Source: Porphyridium purpureum
Taxonomy: Eukaryota
NCBI GenBank assembly: GCA_008690995.1
Contig: VRMN01000003.1
Coordinates: forward strand, 1,798,001-1,862,000
Direction of reading: 5' to 3'
DNA: 64,000 nucleotides
Below, one piece after another: positions 1 through 11,747 of the stretch; position 1 is the stretch's first letter; each line of letters starts with the position of its first letter. A program made the position numbers and the translations under genes. The notes beneath the pieces are model-generated. The model was not told where the DNA came from and made no database searches. It worked only from the letters and a program-made list of their open reading frames with translations.

Positions 1-1683
1 GCGCGCAGCAGGACGTCCAAGGTTAAGGGCGCCAAGAGCGCGTCGCAGCTGCCGCGCGATAACACTGGCTCGCCTCCGCATTCGTCGGCCCATGATACAC
101 CTTCCGGTTCGGTTGCCAACCCGCAAAAGTACGACGGCGGCACTCACAGCCCGTACTCGGGCAGTGTTGCATCGCATGTCTACTACGCGGATGGCGATTT
201 TACGACCGGACGCACGCAAACAGGTGAGTCATCGCTAGACTTGGACTTGACCTTTTTCGGGAACGTACATATTAGCGCGCAACACGATGGCTCGGCGGCC
301 GCGGCTGTAGCGGCGGGATACGATCCTTCATGGCTGGTTGAAGATGAGGCAGTACTTTTTGGGCAGCAGGAAGGCAGCTCTGCGAAACACATCGCGACAC
401 ACGTGCGACCAGATCATTCTGTTGTACTCTGGGACGAGCTGCCACACATTGGCTCTTTTCCTGTTAAGGCTGAGGGCACACCCGTGACCAGCCATGTGAT
501 GTCATCGGAAGATAACAGCTGCGACTTGAAGCAGTATCGACCGGCGTCCGGGAAGGCAGCGTTCCGTTCCACCGCAGCGTCCTCGCAGTCATTCCCGAAC
601 ACCCCATCGAGATACACCATTCCCAACAGCAGCGTCCAATTCAACAATACCTTCATGACGCCACACACGAGCAGCTTTGCCACCGACTCGTCTGTCATCA
701 GCAGTGGCGTGGCCCTGAGCAACAACGGCGAGATTGACACGCAGCGCACAAACAGCGGTCTCGCAGACACCGCAGCAGGCACAGGCAGTTTGGCGGACAA
801 CAAGCGCTTGTCCAAGCTGTTGCGTTTGGAGCGACGGCGCAAGCTGAACGAGACGCGAGAGCGCAATAGTGTCGGAAGCAAGGCACATTCGGAAAAATCG
901 CTTGACCTCTCTGTAGCCAAAAGCACCATGGCCGCACTGAGGGATTTTACCAGCACTCCGTCTTCCTCTGGACTCGGCAACTCACGCTCCAAGAACTTGA
1001 CCGAAGAGGATCGGCAACTCATGCTGTACAACCGGCGAATCCGAAATCGAGAGAGCGCTGTGCGTTCGCGAGACCGACAGCGGAAGCGTCTGCAACCGCT
1101 GAGCGATGACATGGACATCCACCTGCACCGCATGATGGCGCTGCTGGATGGGTACCAACGTCTGCTCGAGGAGCTTGCTCTTCTCGAATGGGAAAGAGCC
1201 ACGCTGATTGTTGAGTGCAACCCTGGTATGTCCGCCCAGCAAATTGTGAAGCATGCAAACTTGCCCAATCGACGATGCAGTTTTGGCTCGGGACTCATGT
1301 CGATCGGTGGGAGCTCATCGCGAAGTTCAGGGCGCATGGAGACGGAGGAGACAGCGAAAAACGCCTCTCGCATGGTGAGTCTACGTGGTCGTATGATGCG
1401 GCGTAGCCAGATCAGCCGGGGCTCGGAATCTCCCGGTCAGATGTCGTTGGGCCCAGACTTTCGTCCGCTAGGCTCAAGCTCACACCCATCGATGGGATCA
1501 AATTTTGCCATGAGCATCAAGGACGCGTCTGGACTGAATTGGAATTGGACACCACCCGCCTCGATGCATTCTCCGAACAGCCATGGCGGCGGAGCTGGGA
1601 ATCATCTTGCAGCCTCACTTGTGGGCACAGGCGGATCGAAGAAATTTGGCGCCGGGAAGCGCGTGGACATTCACATGGAATAA
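1..1683 (+). CDS. bZIP transcription factor (5'-partial; frame is open from position 1)
   Basis: Basic region RRIRNRESAVRSRDRQRKRL followed by leucine-rich heptads. Frame 1 has no stop between positions 1 and 241, so the true start probably lies upstream of the window. Confidence 0.85.
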   Translation, partial: ARSRTSKVKGAKSASQLPRDNTGSPPHSSAHDTPSGSVANPQKYDGGTHSPYSGSVASHVYYADGDFTTGRTQTGESSLDLDLTFFGNVHISAQHDGSAAAAVAAGYDPSWLVEDEAVLFGQQEGSSAKHIATHVRPDHSVVLWDELPHIGSFPVKAEGTPVTSHVMSSEDNSCDLKQYRPASGKAAFRSTAASSQSFPNTPSRYTIPNSSVQFNNTFMTPHTSSFATDSSVISSGVALSNNGEIDTQRTNSGLADTAAGTGSLADNKRLSKLLRLERRRKLNETRERNSVGSKAHSEKSLDLSVAKSTMAALRDFTSTPSSSGLGNSRSKNLTEEDRQLMLYNRRIRNRESAVRSRDRQRKRLQPLSDDMDIHLHRMMALLDGYQRLLEELALLEWERATLIVECNPGMSAQQIVKHANLPNRRCSFGSGLMSIGGSSSRSSGRMETEETAKNASRMVSLRGRMMRRSQISRGSESPGQMSLGPDFRPLGSSSHPSMGSNFAMSIKDASGLNWNWTPPASMHSPNSHGGGAGNHLAASLVGTGGSKKFGAGKRVDIHME

Positions 1684-1793
1684 TTATAGAGTTTCCACAT
1701 TCTAACTAATAGTTGTACTAGCACACTCGGCACTTCGATCGGGGATGGTTTTTCAAAATTGGATTTTTCTTGCATGAAACACAAAGGAATCAG

Positions 1794-4700
1794 ATGTTGC
1801 CAAACTTGGCTGCCCTTGCGGCGCTACTTGCACTCCTTGCGCTCTGCGCCCGCGGGAAACTCGTGTGGGCTTCCTCCGAGCGCGTCTCATGGAAGCGCGA
1901 GTCCGTGGGAAAGCCAATCGACGCGTTGGTGCCATTCTCTTCCTCGTCCTCTTTGAGTGCTGGGGTGATTGTCCTATCCGACTTGGGAATTGCGGCCGGA
2001 ATCGACGGCAAGCGCGGTGATCTGCTGTGGCGCTCGGTACCGCCCATGCCAGACTTGGTAGGACGCCGCATCGCATTCAGCACCCCAGGCGCGCTCGGTT
2101 ATGTAGCGCTCCACGTGCCGAGCTCGAGCATGATGCTCCGCGTCGTCGACACGACCTCTGCAATGCTTTTATGGGAAATTGTGGTGTGCGACCATGATGC
2201 ACATGCAGGATTGATGCATGCGCGCGTGCTGGATCGGGGACCGCACAACGCCGAAGCACGCTCAGAGTCCGCATACGTGATGCTGCTGTCATGTGATGGC
2301 ACCCTCACGCTTCGCGAAGTACTGACGGGCCACGTTGCAGCGGAGCTCCCTGAAGACCGTCGCTCGAGCGCAATCCGCGCGCGGCAGAGCCCTGTTATCA
2401 TGCGGAGCACGATTCCTAGTGCAGATTATGCACGACAAGCAGTAGATGCGAGAAATCATGTCTTTGTTGTTCAGAGTGTGCTATCCGATGGCACAGCCCT
2501 GATGGACGAACTCAGCTTGCCCGACTGGAACCATGTCAACTTTGGAACTGAATATCTTGAGATCGATGCCGGTGATCATTGGACGGGCAGCGAAATGGCC
2601 TGCCGCGCTGCCTCTGAGCCGACGGTATGGCTTGCGCCAGCACTGACCCCTTCGTTGTGCTTTTGCTGGGACACAACCGGATCATTGGTCATTGTGTCTT
2701 CCGCTGGAGAGGTCTATCGTTCCGACATGATTTTACACGGTGCTTGGACCACTTTGCGTAACGAGTCATCTCTGGCCTTCATCCGAGGTTCAGATCGTGC
2801 GGTGAGATACATTGTACACGCATCGTCGCAGCGCCCGGGAGTCAGAGAGTGGCAGCCCGGGCTGGATGAGAAAGCAGTGGTCTGCCACAGTGAAGGCGAC
2901 CAGCCAGTAGCGATTACCATTTCGCCGGATTCACCCGGGGTATTGCGACTGCACGTGACCACTGAACCGGGATTCTTCGCTGTTTACAACGCAGAGCAAG
3001 AAATTCTCGCAACAGACAAAATTGAAACATGTTTTGTTGCACTTGATGAAGCCAGGAACTACTCTCACGTGCTACTTGGAACTGCGCTTGGGTACTCCAT
3101 GTTCTTTGAAGTCGTGCAATCTGGGACGGGGCTCGCGAATATGCGCATGGTATGGAGACGAATCGAGGCGCTGGCGTACACAACGGATGTGCGTTTGTTT
3201 CGCTCTGTGGTCCTCGAAAGAGGCTCTATGATTGCCGGTGTAGCTTACAATGCCCTCGGCGGTCGCTTTGAGTCAAATGAGGAGGAGATGGTTCTAGTTG
3301 TGCTTACAGGGCTCGGCACAGTGCTTGGTTTGTCTTCGAGGCGGCAAGGTGCTGTAGTATGGGATGTTTCGCTGCCGTTAGCAGAGCGCGAGCGCTTGCA
3401 TGGTTCACAACTATTTGCGCTGAATGCTTCACATGCTGTCATCTTGTCGTCATCGAACGCCGCTTCGGATTTGACGTCACAAGAGGAAGATGAATTCGCT
3501 GATTTTGATATTGAAGATGAAGATGACGTGTCTGCATTTCAAGCTCCGTTGCATGGCTCTTGGAGAGGTTTGGGGACTTTGAATCATGTGGCGCTTCTAA
3601 ATGCTTTAACCGGTGAAATTGAGACGGGCGGTGAGCTCCAGCAGATACATTTAGGAGAGTCAGGTCTTGTTGCAGCATCATTCCTTGCCAGTGGCACGCT
3701 TGTGACGCTCAGCGCGACTCATGAACTTGGCATTCTACCGACAAAGGCTTGGTTTACTGCTCCAGAGTTGCCGCGCGCTAGCGAGCAAATTCAGTTCCTA
3801 CATACTGCGGAACATGAACGGATGCTGTGCGGGGTAAGTGTCGGATTTCATGACGAGCGACGGCCAACGGCACAAGCATCGCCGCCGCTAAGAAAGATGA
3901 TGCGCGAGTGGCTTATGCGCTTGCCAGAGGGTGAAAGGGTGATCAAAATTGCGTCTGTGGCATCGTCGGCAACTTGGTCGCGAGGTCCGATCTTGTCATC
4001 TGCCGCGAAAGTTGGGAACGGCTCACGCGTGCTTTTCAAGTACCAAAATCCCATGGTCACACTCGTACTCGCCGAACGCCCAGGTGGAGAACACGGCCAG
4101 GCATCCGGTATTTCCGCGTACGTGGTGGACGCAGAAATCGGGTCTGTGCTGGATTTTGTGTTTCATGAAGGTGCCACAGGTCCGGTGGACGCTATTCGGA
4201 GGGAGAATTGGATGGTGTATTCTTTTTGGAATGCTCAGAAGCAAGTACAGGAGCTCGTGGTCTGCGATATCTACGAAGATCGGCAAGGTTCGCCATGGCT
4301 TCAGTCACGACTCGTCGAGATTACTCGTCGTCTTGTGTCTGGACGCGGCATTGATCACATCGTACGCGTGTCCCATACAGGAGAGTTCGGGAAACCGCGA
4401 GTGCTGCGCCAAAGCTTTGTGGTGGCGGAGCGTATCACGGCACTTGGCGTCACGCAGACTGAAAAGTCAGTGACATCGCGATCTGTTCTCATCGCACTCG
4501 CATCGGGTCGCGTCCTACAAGCCCCAAAGAGTATTCTAGATCCGAGGCGCGGCTCTTCGCAGCCCGAATTTTCAGCCAAAGCCGAATTCCTGGTACCGTA
4601 CCATCCACTCATCGGCTCGCATGCAGGGTTTTTCCCGGGAGGCTTGGCGACGGGCAAGGACCAAGTGACATGGCTCGGGCTGCATGGCGCGGGTATTCGT

Positions 4701-4916
4701 ACAACGTATGTGCATCAAGAGGAGAGCAGCTCGCACGTTGTCTTTAGCGGACTGGATTTAATGTACACTGTTTTGTCGCCGGCTGGTCGGTACGATCGGT
4801 TGTCACACGATTTCGGATTCGCGATGCTTATCTGCACGGTCCTCGGGCTCGCAGTTGTGACAGTGATCATTGGAAGGTACGCCACCAAGCGGCGGATGCA
4901 ATGGCGGTTTTTGTAA
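1794..4916 (+). CDS. EMC1: ER membrane protein complex subunit 1
   Basis: Signal peptide MLPNLAALAALLALLAL, beta-propeller-like body, and C-terminal EMC1 motifs (VLFKYQNP, ENWMVYSFWN, ILDPRR, SGLDLMYT..SP...D.L..DF) followed by a TM helix. First ATG at 1794. Confidence 0.9.
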   Translation: MLPNLAALAALLALLALCARGKLVWASSERVSWKRESVGKPIDALVPFSSSSSLSAGVIVLSDLGIAAGIDGKRGDLLWRSVPPMPDLVGRRIAFSTPGALGYVALHVPSSSMMLRVVDTTSAMLLWEIVVCDHDAHAGLMHARVLDRGPHNAEARSESAYVMLLSCDGTLTLREVLTGHVAAELPEDRRSSAIRARQSPVIMRSTIPSADYARQAVDARNHVFVVQSVLSDGTALMDELSLPDWNHVNFGTEYLEIDAGDHWTGSEMACRAASEPTVWLAPALTPSLCFCWDTTGSLVIVSSAGEVYRSDMILHGAWTTLRNESSLAFIRGSDRAVRYIVHASSQRPGVREWQPGLDEKAVVCHSEGDQPVAITISPDSPGVLRLHVTTEPGFFAVYNAEQEILATDKIETCFVALDEARNYSHVLLGTALGYSMFFEVVQSGTGLANMRMVWRRIEALAYTTDVRLFRSVVLERGSMIAGVAYNALGGRFESNEEEMVLVVLTGLGTVLGLSSRRQGAVVWDVSLPLAERERLHGSQLFALNASHAVILSSSNAASDLTSQEEDEFADFDIEDEDDVSAFQAPLHGSWRGLGTLNHVALLNALTGEIETGGELQQIHLGESGLVAASFLASGTLVTLSATHELGILPTKAWFTAPELPRASEQIQFLHTAEHERMLCGVSVGFHDERRPTAQASPPLRKMMREWLMRLPEGERVIKIASVASSATWSRGPILSSAAKVGNGSRVLFKYQNPMVTLVLAERPGGEHGQASGISAYVVDAEIGSVLDFVFHEGATGPVDAIRRENWMVYSFWNAQKQVQELVVCDIYEDRQGSPWLQSRLVEITRRLVSGRGIDHIVRVSHTGEFGKPRVLRQSFVVAERITALGVTQTEKSVTSRSVLIALASGRVLQAPKSILDPRRGSSQPEFSAKAEFLVPYHPLIGSHAGFFPGGLATGKDQVTWLGLHGAGIRTTYVHQEESSSHVVFSGLDLMYTVLSPAGRYDRLSHDFGFAMLICTVLGLAVVTVIIGRYATKRRMQWRFL

Positions 4917-5394
4917 TGAAAGTGCCCGCTCAAAAGGACTCGCGTCACGGATTTCCTCGGCCGAACTGCACACCGAAATATCATCCAATGAATATTTTAA
5001 AATATGAATCTGTCGCTCAGTATCAATGGCTATGGATGAGACGGATGCCTTTTCCAGAAACGTAAAACGAATTCACAAGAAGCTCACTGAACTGAGATGG
5101 ACCCAGGACTGAACAGTACAAAAGCTCCCGAAGGAAGCGAAATTCCAACGCGATATCACATTGCTATCAGTACGCCGGCAGCCGCACCGCACCAGCAAGC
5201 ATGCGCCCGAAAAGCTCCGTCCAGCTCAGGCAGCACGCAGGTATCAATTGAGCTCACGCTCCTCAAACTTCCCTGGTCAGATTACTATCAATGCCCTTTT
5301 TTTCAGTAGGGATTGCTGGTCTCTTCCGAGTATTTGAGAAAAAAAGAACCAATCACAGCAAAGGCAACCGTTTGAGCCTCACTGATTTGTTTCC

Positions 5395-6039
5395 TCATAA
5401 CTTTGCGATGACGTCTTTCAAAGGGTCCAACTCCTTGACTGGCAGCAGATTGAACTCCTGTCCGAAGTACACAAAATGCTTGAAGCACGTCGAGAGATGC
5501 GCTTCTGCGCCGCACGCGATAATCTCATCCAAATGCGAATGGTAAATATGAGCGTAGACGCGGAAGAGCCGCTTCATGATTGCCTTCACAGTACTCCGAA
5601 ATGATTCTGGAAACGGCTTGCCCGGCGCAGTCGGAAAGATTTCTTCATCCGCAAGTTGGCGGTCGACCCAATCCATGAGCGCGTCGACGTACTTGGGAGC
5701 GGATAGGCGAGTTGGGGACTTGTACTTCTCCGACTCTGCGTCTTGCCAGAGGTACTCGTACTTTGGCCCGGCGTTCATCACCGGGCACGACTTATCCGTG
5801 CACTCCTCGCACATCGAGCCATAAATCAAGTTGATCTGGTTGAACAAGTCCACGATATTCACGCTCAGCCAGTCATTCACATCATATCCATCTGGCGCCT
5901 TACACGCTTCCCTGAGGTTCCCTGCATGCAAGCTCTGCTTCAGAATCTCTTGGCTGAGTCGCTGCAAATCATACCGCGCCGTGCCGCCGCCGGGCTTGCG
6001 CGACTTGAACGTCTTGCTCCTTTCAAACAGAGACAGCAT
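5395..6039 (-). CDS. MOB1: MOB kinase activator (Mob1/phocein family)
   Basis: Motifs DWLSVNIVDLFNQINLIYG, CPVMNAGPKYEYLW, KRLFRVYAHIYHSH, HLSTCFKHF. ATG at 6039. Confidence 0.95.
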   Translation of the reverse strand: MLSLFERSKTFKSRKPGGGTARYDLQRLSQEILKQSLHAGNLREACKAPDGYDVNDWLSVNIVDLFNQINLIYGSMCEECTDKSCPVMNAGPKYEYLWQDAESEKYKSPTRLSAPKYVDALMDWVDRQLADEEIFPTAPGKPFPESFRSTVKAIMKRLFRVYAHIYHSHLDEIIACGAEAHLSTCFKHFVYFGQEFNLLPVKELDPLKDVIAKL

Positions 6040-6557
6040 TTTTTCCTTGACAATCCGAACTTTCCCTGGGCTCCTCTTCCCTTTCCCACTGCGTTGACCT
6101 GTTCGTCTTCCCACCTCACCGCTTGCTTCTTCCTATCCGGTCTCGCTGCCACTCCGCCTAAACGGATTGTCCCATCAATCTCGAACCCAGCTCGCAACGG
6201 TTTCTTTTTCGGTTAGAGGTGAAACCGTTATGGCTTGGACCGAATGAGACTGGCTAGCAGGATGCAAGTGCCAATGTCGAAATCCTACCCAGGGGAGCGA
6301 AGACAGAACGCAAAGGCTCCTTTCGTGACCTTTTTCTAAGATTGGGAACGACAGTCGGACGCTCTGTGCAGCGAGAGAATGCAAAGAGTATGGCAGTATG
6401 CAGGTGGATCCGCAGGAGCTTCGGCTCGAAGAACCACTGGTCATCTTTAGCGCAAGAGCAGCGCCCCAGTAGAAAATGACAAGCGGAACGCGCATCCATC
6501 AAACAGGACTCAATACAACGAAAAGTCGCTGTACCGAGTATACATTAAATACCGCAT

Positions 6558-9140
6558 TTATTCCGAGCCACTCTTGCTCGACGTCACCGAGTCGCTGCTG
6601 CTCGGATGTAGAGTATCAGTAGGATCGCATGATGGAGGTAGCAGCCTATGTCTATGGCACAGGTACGGACAACATAGACCATGCGCATCGTCCCCAATGA
6701 AAACTTCAGTACTGGCATCGCGGTATGCGTGGCGATGTCGTGCAGGAGAGGACAAGGGACCCTCAGAAAGTGTTTTATTTGTCGCGAACATTTGGTCCGC
6801 TTCAGGATAATTGTTGCTCTCCAACTCACTCGCTGATTCTTCGGATTCTTTCCCGTCGCTCCAGATTTCAGAATCACTGCCGCTGCTCTCGCTGCTGCTT
6901 TCCCCGGACGCCGAACACACCGCTCCGGCATCGCGTGGAGAGCAGCAAAATTGAAGCGCCGGAGGGGCAGGCGACGGCGATGGCGACGGCGTCGGCGTCG
7001 GCTTCTCGGCGCATTCAAAATACAATTCGTTTGGGACCGGATGGCATACTGGGTCGACGGCTCCTGAAGGATTCTGCCAGTATTCGCCCACGCAAACGCT
7101 CGCATTTGCCGTTGATGTCCGGCCAAATGTGTCCGACACAGCAAGTGTCGCCGTGTATGTTGTCAATCCTAGCTCCAATGTGCATGCGATGCCATTGTAT
7201 GTCATGCACTTGGGTGCCTTGTCGGCATAGCTGAAAGTGACGATTCCCACCTCCGGCCACTTTCTGTGGTTGTGGAGTCGGGAAGGTCTTCGAATCAGTC
7301 GGGTTCACGGGCGCCATCGTCATGGGCGCTTTCACCCCAGTCGCACGCAATATGGACTTGAACAATGTCGCGTGCAGATGCGGACCGCGAAAACATCACC
7401 CGTGCGATCCGGTGGAGTCCTGCTGCTTGTAGGACGGGGAGGCGTAGATTGTAGCTCTTGGCTCTTGAGGATTCATGTTCTCGATCCCGTATTTGCATCG
7501 GTCAAACTCAGAGTCTGGCCTGAATGGAGACTCCTTCGTGAGCATCAAGTCTCCGAAATGGCTTATCGACGTATTGACGAGACACATGCTCTGCTCTGCT
7601 CTGCTCTGCTCCGCCGCATTCATCTTTGAAAGTTGCCATCATGGACACAGGGCAGGCCCCATTCTTGAGGCAAAGTGCGATGGTTCCATCCATCCGACCT
7701 GGTTCCCTTCAGCTTGTAGGCGGGAGAATCCCATCAGCAACGCTTTGCACCCGGGGTCAAGCTGCATCGAGTGATCGAGTCAGCAGCCATGTCCAGCGCC
7801 GAGGAGAAGGATGACTTGCCTTCGCCACAATCACAGACCCCCACGTTAAACTGGTACACCGTACTACGTTTGATTGGTTGAGCGGATAGGGCTTGCAAGA
7901 ATCGAGACCAGCCAAAGCTTTCGACCATGGTGTTTGGAAGCGTCTCCTGACTGCGACAAAATTCCGAGTTCGACTGCAGGTTCGCATTTCCTATCGACGC
8001 TTGACCCTTTCCGTCCGGCAGCTGCGCTTAATTCCCTTTGATTGACATGGACGGGGGATCCCACAACGTCTCGTACGGAAAATACGGCTTTCCAGCTGGC
8101 ATGCCAAGCTCCACGACGCTTATTGCAGCGACGTCACTGAACAAGGCTTTTGAAGTCCTTGGCCATCAAAAACGTAGTGCGCGCCAGACGCAAACCCAAC
8201 CCAAAGTTCAAATTGTCCACTAACATCCTGTCTGCCTCTGGGTTGGTATAGTCGCAGGCGCCGTCCAAATTCGCGCACAAGTAAAACTGCAACACAGCGC
8301 ATGAGCTTGTGTAAAGGCTCTCTGGCGTACGCTCAAGAACGGTGGGACATCGCTGTGCACCGTAAATATGCTACCGTCTGATCCGCCGCTCGCGCCGCTG
8401 TAGATGCTGCTGCAGAGTTGCTTGCTGTGCACGCCCTCGGCCGCGCCTTCCATACTGAAGATAATCGGCTTATCCGACATGCCAGCATACTCACGGTTTT
8501 CTACAGACACCAGCCCAAAGCTAGTTTGGTCGGCCCAGTCGTCGCCAGAGAATCGAATGCTGCACAGTCTATCTTCTAAAATTAGCCACTTGTCCTCATC
8601 CACGAGCGCCTCGACTACCTCCGATTGGAAGTCTGGGTAGAATGGCTTTGGAACATCGTACTCATTGTCCCTTACCCATGAGCCAGGACAGACCTTGTCC
8701 GCGGTCGTTTTCGTGAAAGACGATCACATGCAGTTGCCATTCGAATACGCTGCACGGTCGCTCGGACATTTGATCTGAAACACATTATCGGCCGGCGAAT
8801 CGCCCTTTTCAAGCTTCATGTCTCGCAGCGCCTGGTATGCAGCGTGGCCTTACTGCTCTCGACCAGTCTTCCAGAAAGTAGGATTCTTGTAGGCCCTGAT
8901 GGGCACATCCGTACAACAATGATTTTCTGACACTACATAACGATCCTGTTCCTCTAATTCAGGCTGTGTTTTGCACACTGGAAATGCTGCAACAGTCCCA
9001 GCAACCAAAAATACGCCCACTAGGTCCAGCTTGATTACTGCAAAGTGCGAATGCCCGCGTTGCTCAACAAGATCCTGTGCATAGAATCCGTCTTTTCGTC
9101 CTCCGAAAAAAACCCTCAACTCAACTTGGCCTGTTTCCAT
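6558..9140 (-). pseudogene. Disrupted gene for a Cys-rich protein with a Pro/Ser/Thr (PTPTPSPSPSP) linker, probably extracellular
   Basis: Chain of protein-like minus-strand fragments. 8850-9140 and 8220-8603 are in the same frame, separated by stops; 7396-7623, 7015-7365 and 6558-7250 are joined by stops and frameshifts. Includes a PKD-like segment YTATLAVSDTFGRTSTANASVCV. Confidence 0.5.
7587..7611. repeat. (TGCTC)5 microsatellite
   Basis: Five perfect pentamer copies. Confidence 0.9.
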
Positions 9141-9680
9141 CTTTCAGCCAGATCGGTACATGACAACTTCCATTGCTCGTGCGCAATGTGTACAGACCTG
9201 TGAGTTAGCGGTTCGCGGAGGGCCGTGCCTTGTTTCCTTCGTTTTCCAATCTCGTCACTGCATCCTGCCGACGCCATTCCGGCATTGTAAGTGAGCTAGC
9301 TCTATTTGGTCGGTCCCCATGTAATCCACGAATCTTGCCGCCGCATCTGCGCATGCGCCACCTGTCGCCGCAGCCCTTTCGCGGTTCCCGTCACACTGCA
9401 GCAACTTCTGAAGCGCTCGAGCTCCCGGTTGAACCACTGTAAGCAGGTCATTTCAGCTCAAGCTTAATTAATTAATGTTCCGGAGTGTTAAACATGGAAC
9501 GTGAAGAATTGAGGGTACTGTACTTAAGTACAGTTGTGCAGGGGAAGTGCGCGAGTTTGAGAGAGAGCGCGTGGGTCGATGGCTCGGGGTTGTGGAGGCC
9601 AGCGGGACGGTGGAAAGGGCTCTGACAGAGTGGTGGGTTGGTGCGGCGGTGGGCGTGCGGAAGGAGATCTGTGGTAGTGT

Positions 9681-11747
9681 ATGGGGGTCTCCTATGGCTC
9701 GGCAAGTTTGGGCAGTAGCTCTGTTGATATGTGCTTCGCTGGAGTCGCGGCCGGGCCCTATGGTGCTCTGGTGAGTGAGCAACTCTTTTCGCCACTACGT
9801 GCAAGGCGGCGGTCCGCTTGTGGCTCTCGAGCTGGCTGGGAGCGCGGCGCATGGAAAATAACGGCGGCAGGAAGTTTGCGGCGGAAAATGTGTAGGACAT
9901 GCTCGCGCTGCGGTGTCGTGCGCAAGGCGGCCGAGCGGCCAGCGGATGAAGTGCCCGGTTCGTTTCCGGCTGCTGAAAGTGCCCCAACAGCCAAGGACTC
10001 GTTCATGCGCGCGTCGCTGTCATCATGGGCCCCAGAAAAAGGAGTCAGCCGGCCAGCGCGATACGGTAAGAGCAAGGAGGAGGAGGACGAGGCATGGCTA
10101 AAGCAAATGACACAGTTGGTGGAGGAACGCTTGCTGTCGGACGAGCAACTACCACTCGATGGACGGGACCGGATCGTTTCGCCGCAGGCCTCTCTTGGAA
10201 GCGGCGGCTCTCTCAAGATAAACGTGGACCTCGCTCACTCTCGTGCTCGCTCAGCAGTGAAACGGGCGCAGCTGGACGAGGCTGCGCGTTTGTTCCGACG
10301 CTGTGTTGAACTCAACAGGTATGACGCACGCGGGTGGTTAGGCCTTGCGCGGATCGAGTTTCGCAGGAAGAATTACGAGGAAATGCGTCGGGTATTCTCC
10401 GCAGCGCTCAAACTTCTGCGCAAGTCGCCTTACCTTCTGCAAGCGTGGGGTGTGCTTGAGCAGAAGCTGGGCAACATCGATCGCGCAAAGGAGCTCCTAC
10501 TTGCTGCGACCAAGGCCGACCCAAAACACGCAGCCTCGTGGGTGGCAACGGGTGTGCTCGAAATGAAGATCTTACGCAATCCTAGCCGAGCGCGTGAGTG
10601 TCTCGAGACCGCTACGCGGGTAGGCGAAGACAACCATTACGCCTGGGTAGCGCTGGGCGAACTCGAACGCTCGGCCGGAAACTTGGCGCGCGCACGAGAG
10701 TGCTACGAAAGAGCTTGTTCCATAAAGCCGGAAAATGTGGCGTCTTGGCACGCATGGGGCAATCTGGAGGCGGCTTGCGGGAACTTGAAACAGGCGGAGA
10801 AACTGTTCCTCCGCGCGATGACAGAGCACCCGCAGAACACGCAGGCCCTGACCTCATGGGCGCACAAGCTGGCCAGCCGTGGCATGCTGCAGAAAGCGCG
10901 CTCGCTGTACACGCGCGCGTTGCAGGTTCAACCAAGGGACAAGCTGATCTACCAAGCACTCGGTGTTGTGCTCTCGCGTTTGCACGAGTATGACGAAGCA
11001 CGCAAGGCGTTTGAAACGGGTATTATGATGGACAATTCCCATTGCCCTTTGTATCAAGCCTGGGCTGGTATGGAAGCGAAACTAGGTAACATTGACAAGG
11101 CACGCGAGCTGTACCAGCAAGGCGTGTGGGCTGCACCTCGCAGCCCGAGCGTTATTCGCATTTGGCTTGCGTGGGGAATCCTCGAGTCGCAGCTCGGCAA
11201 TATCGACACAGCTCGGGATTACTTTCAACTAGGGCTTCGCATCGACAAACACAATCCGTATATTCTCAACTCGTATGCGAAGATGGAGGCACTTGCAGGC
11301 GAGCTCGAGCGCGCTCGGGAGCTGTTCGAGCTAGCGGTAGAGAGTAACCCACATAACATGCGAATATGGCGAGATTATGAGCACATGGAAATGCGAGCAG
11401 GAAATTTCCAACTGGCGGCGAACATTCGGGACCGTAGTATTGGGGAAAACTATGGGGGTGTGCAAGGAACTAGCTCTCCGCTCAAGACGGGGCGGGCTAA
11501 GCCCGCTCTATATCGTGTTCCACTGGCCGAGCCACAAGCGGGCGACTTTCAGAACAGCATGGGTGCGTGGACTGAGAGCCGCGCATTGAAGCGGCCTGCG
11601 CCGCTATTTGTTTTGAGCGCACGCGATGTGGCCCTTTCAGAGAGCGGTGAGGCGCAACTGTTGCTCGAAAAGGAAAAGAACGCCGCTGCAGCTCGCACGT
11701 TGGGCCCAAAGCGGCCCGGCCGACGCCGCAAAGCCAAGAAGAACTAA
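9681..11747 (+). CDS. HAT/TPR-repeat organellar RNA-binding protein, HCF107/Mbb1-like
   Basis: About 11 half-a-TPR repeats (QAWGVLEQKLGNIDRAKELL, QAWAGMEAKLGNIDKARELYQQG, LAWGILESQLGNIDTARDYF) after a transit-peptide-like N-terminus. Confidence 0.8.
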   Translation: MGVSYGSASLGSSSVDMCFAGVAAGPYGALVSEQLFSPLRARRRSACGSRAGWERGAWKITAAGSLRRKMCRTCSRCGVVRKAAERPADEVPGSFPAAESAPTAKDSFMRASLSSWAPEKGVSRPARYGKSKEEEDEAWLKQMTQLVEERLLSDEQLPLDGRDRIVSPQASLGSGGSLKINVDLAHSRARSAVKRAQLDEAARLFRRCVELNRYDARGWLGLARIEFRRKNYEEMRRVFSAALKLLRKSPYLLQAWGVLEQKLGNIDRAKELLLAATKADPKHAASWVATGVLEMKILRNPSRARECLETATRVGEDNHYAWVALGELERSAGNLARARECYERACSIKPENVASWHAWGNLEAACGNLKQAEKLFLRAMTEHPQNTQALTSWAHKLASRGMLQKARSLYTRALQVQPRDKLIYQALGVVLSRLHEYDEARKAFETGIMMDNSHCPLYQAWAGMEAKLGNIDKARELYQQGVWAAPRSPSVIRIWLAWGILESQLGNIDTARDYFQLGLRIDKHNPYILNSYAKMEALAGELERARELFELAVESNPHNMRIWRDYEHMEMRAGNFQLAANIRDRSIGENYGGVQGTSSPLKTGRAKPALYRVPLAEPQAGDFQNSMGAWTESRALKRPAPLFVLSARDVALSESGEAQLLLEKEKNAAAARTLGPKRPGRRRKAKKN

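Noticed and set aside
221..229. CAGGTGAGT splice-donor-like motif near the bZIP 5' end
   Set aside because: The coding frame is open through it from position 1, so no intron is needed.
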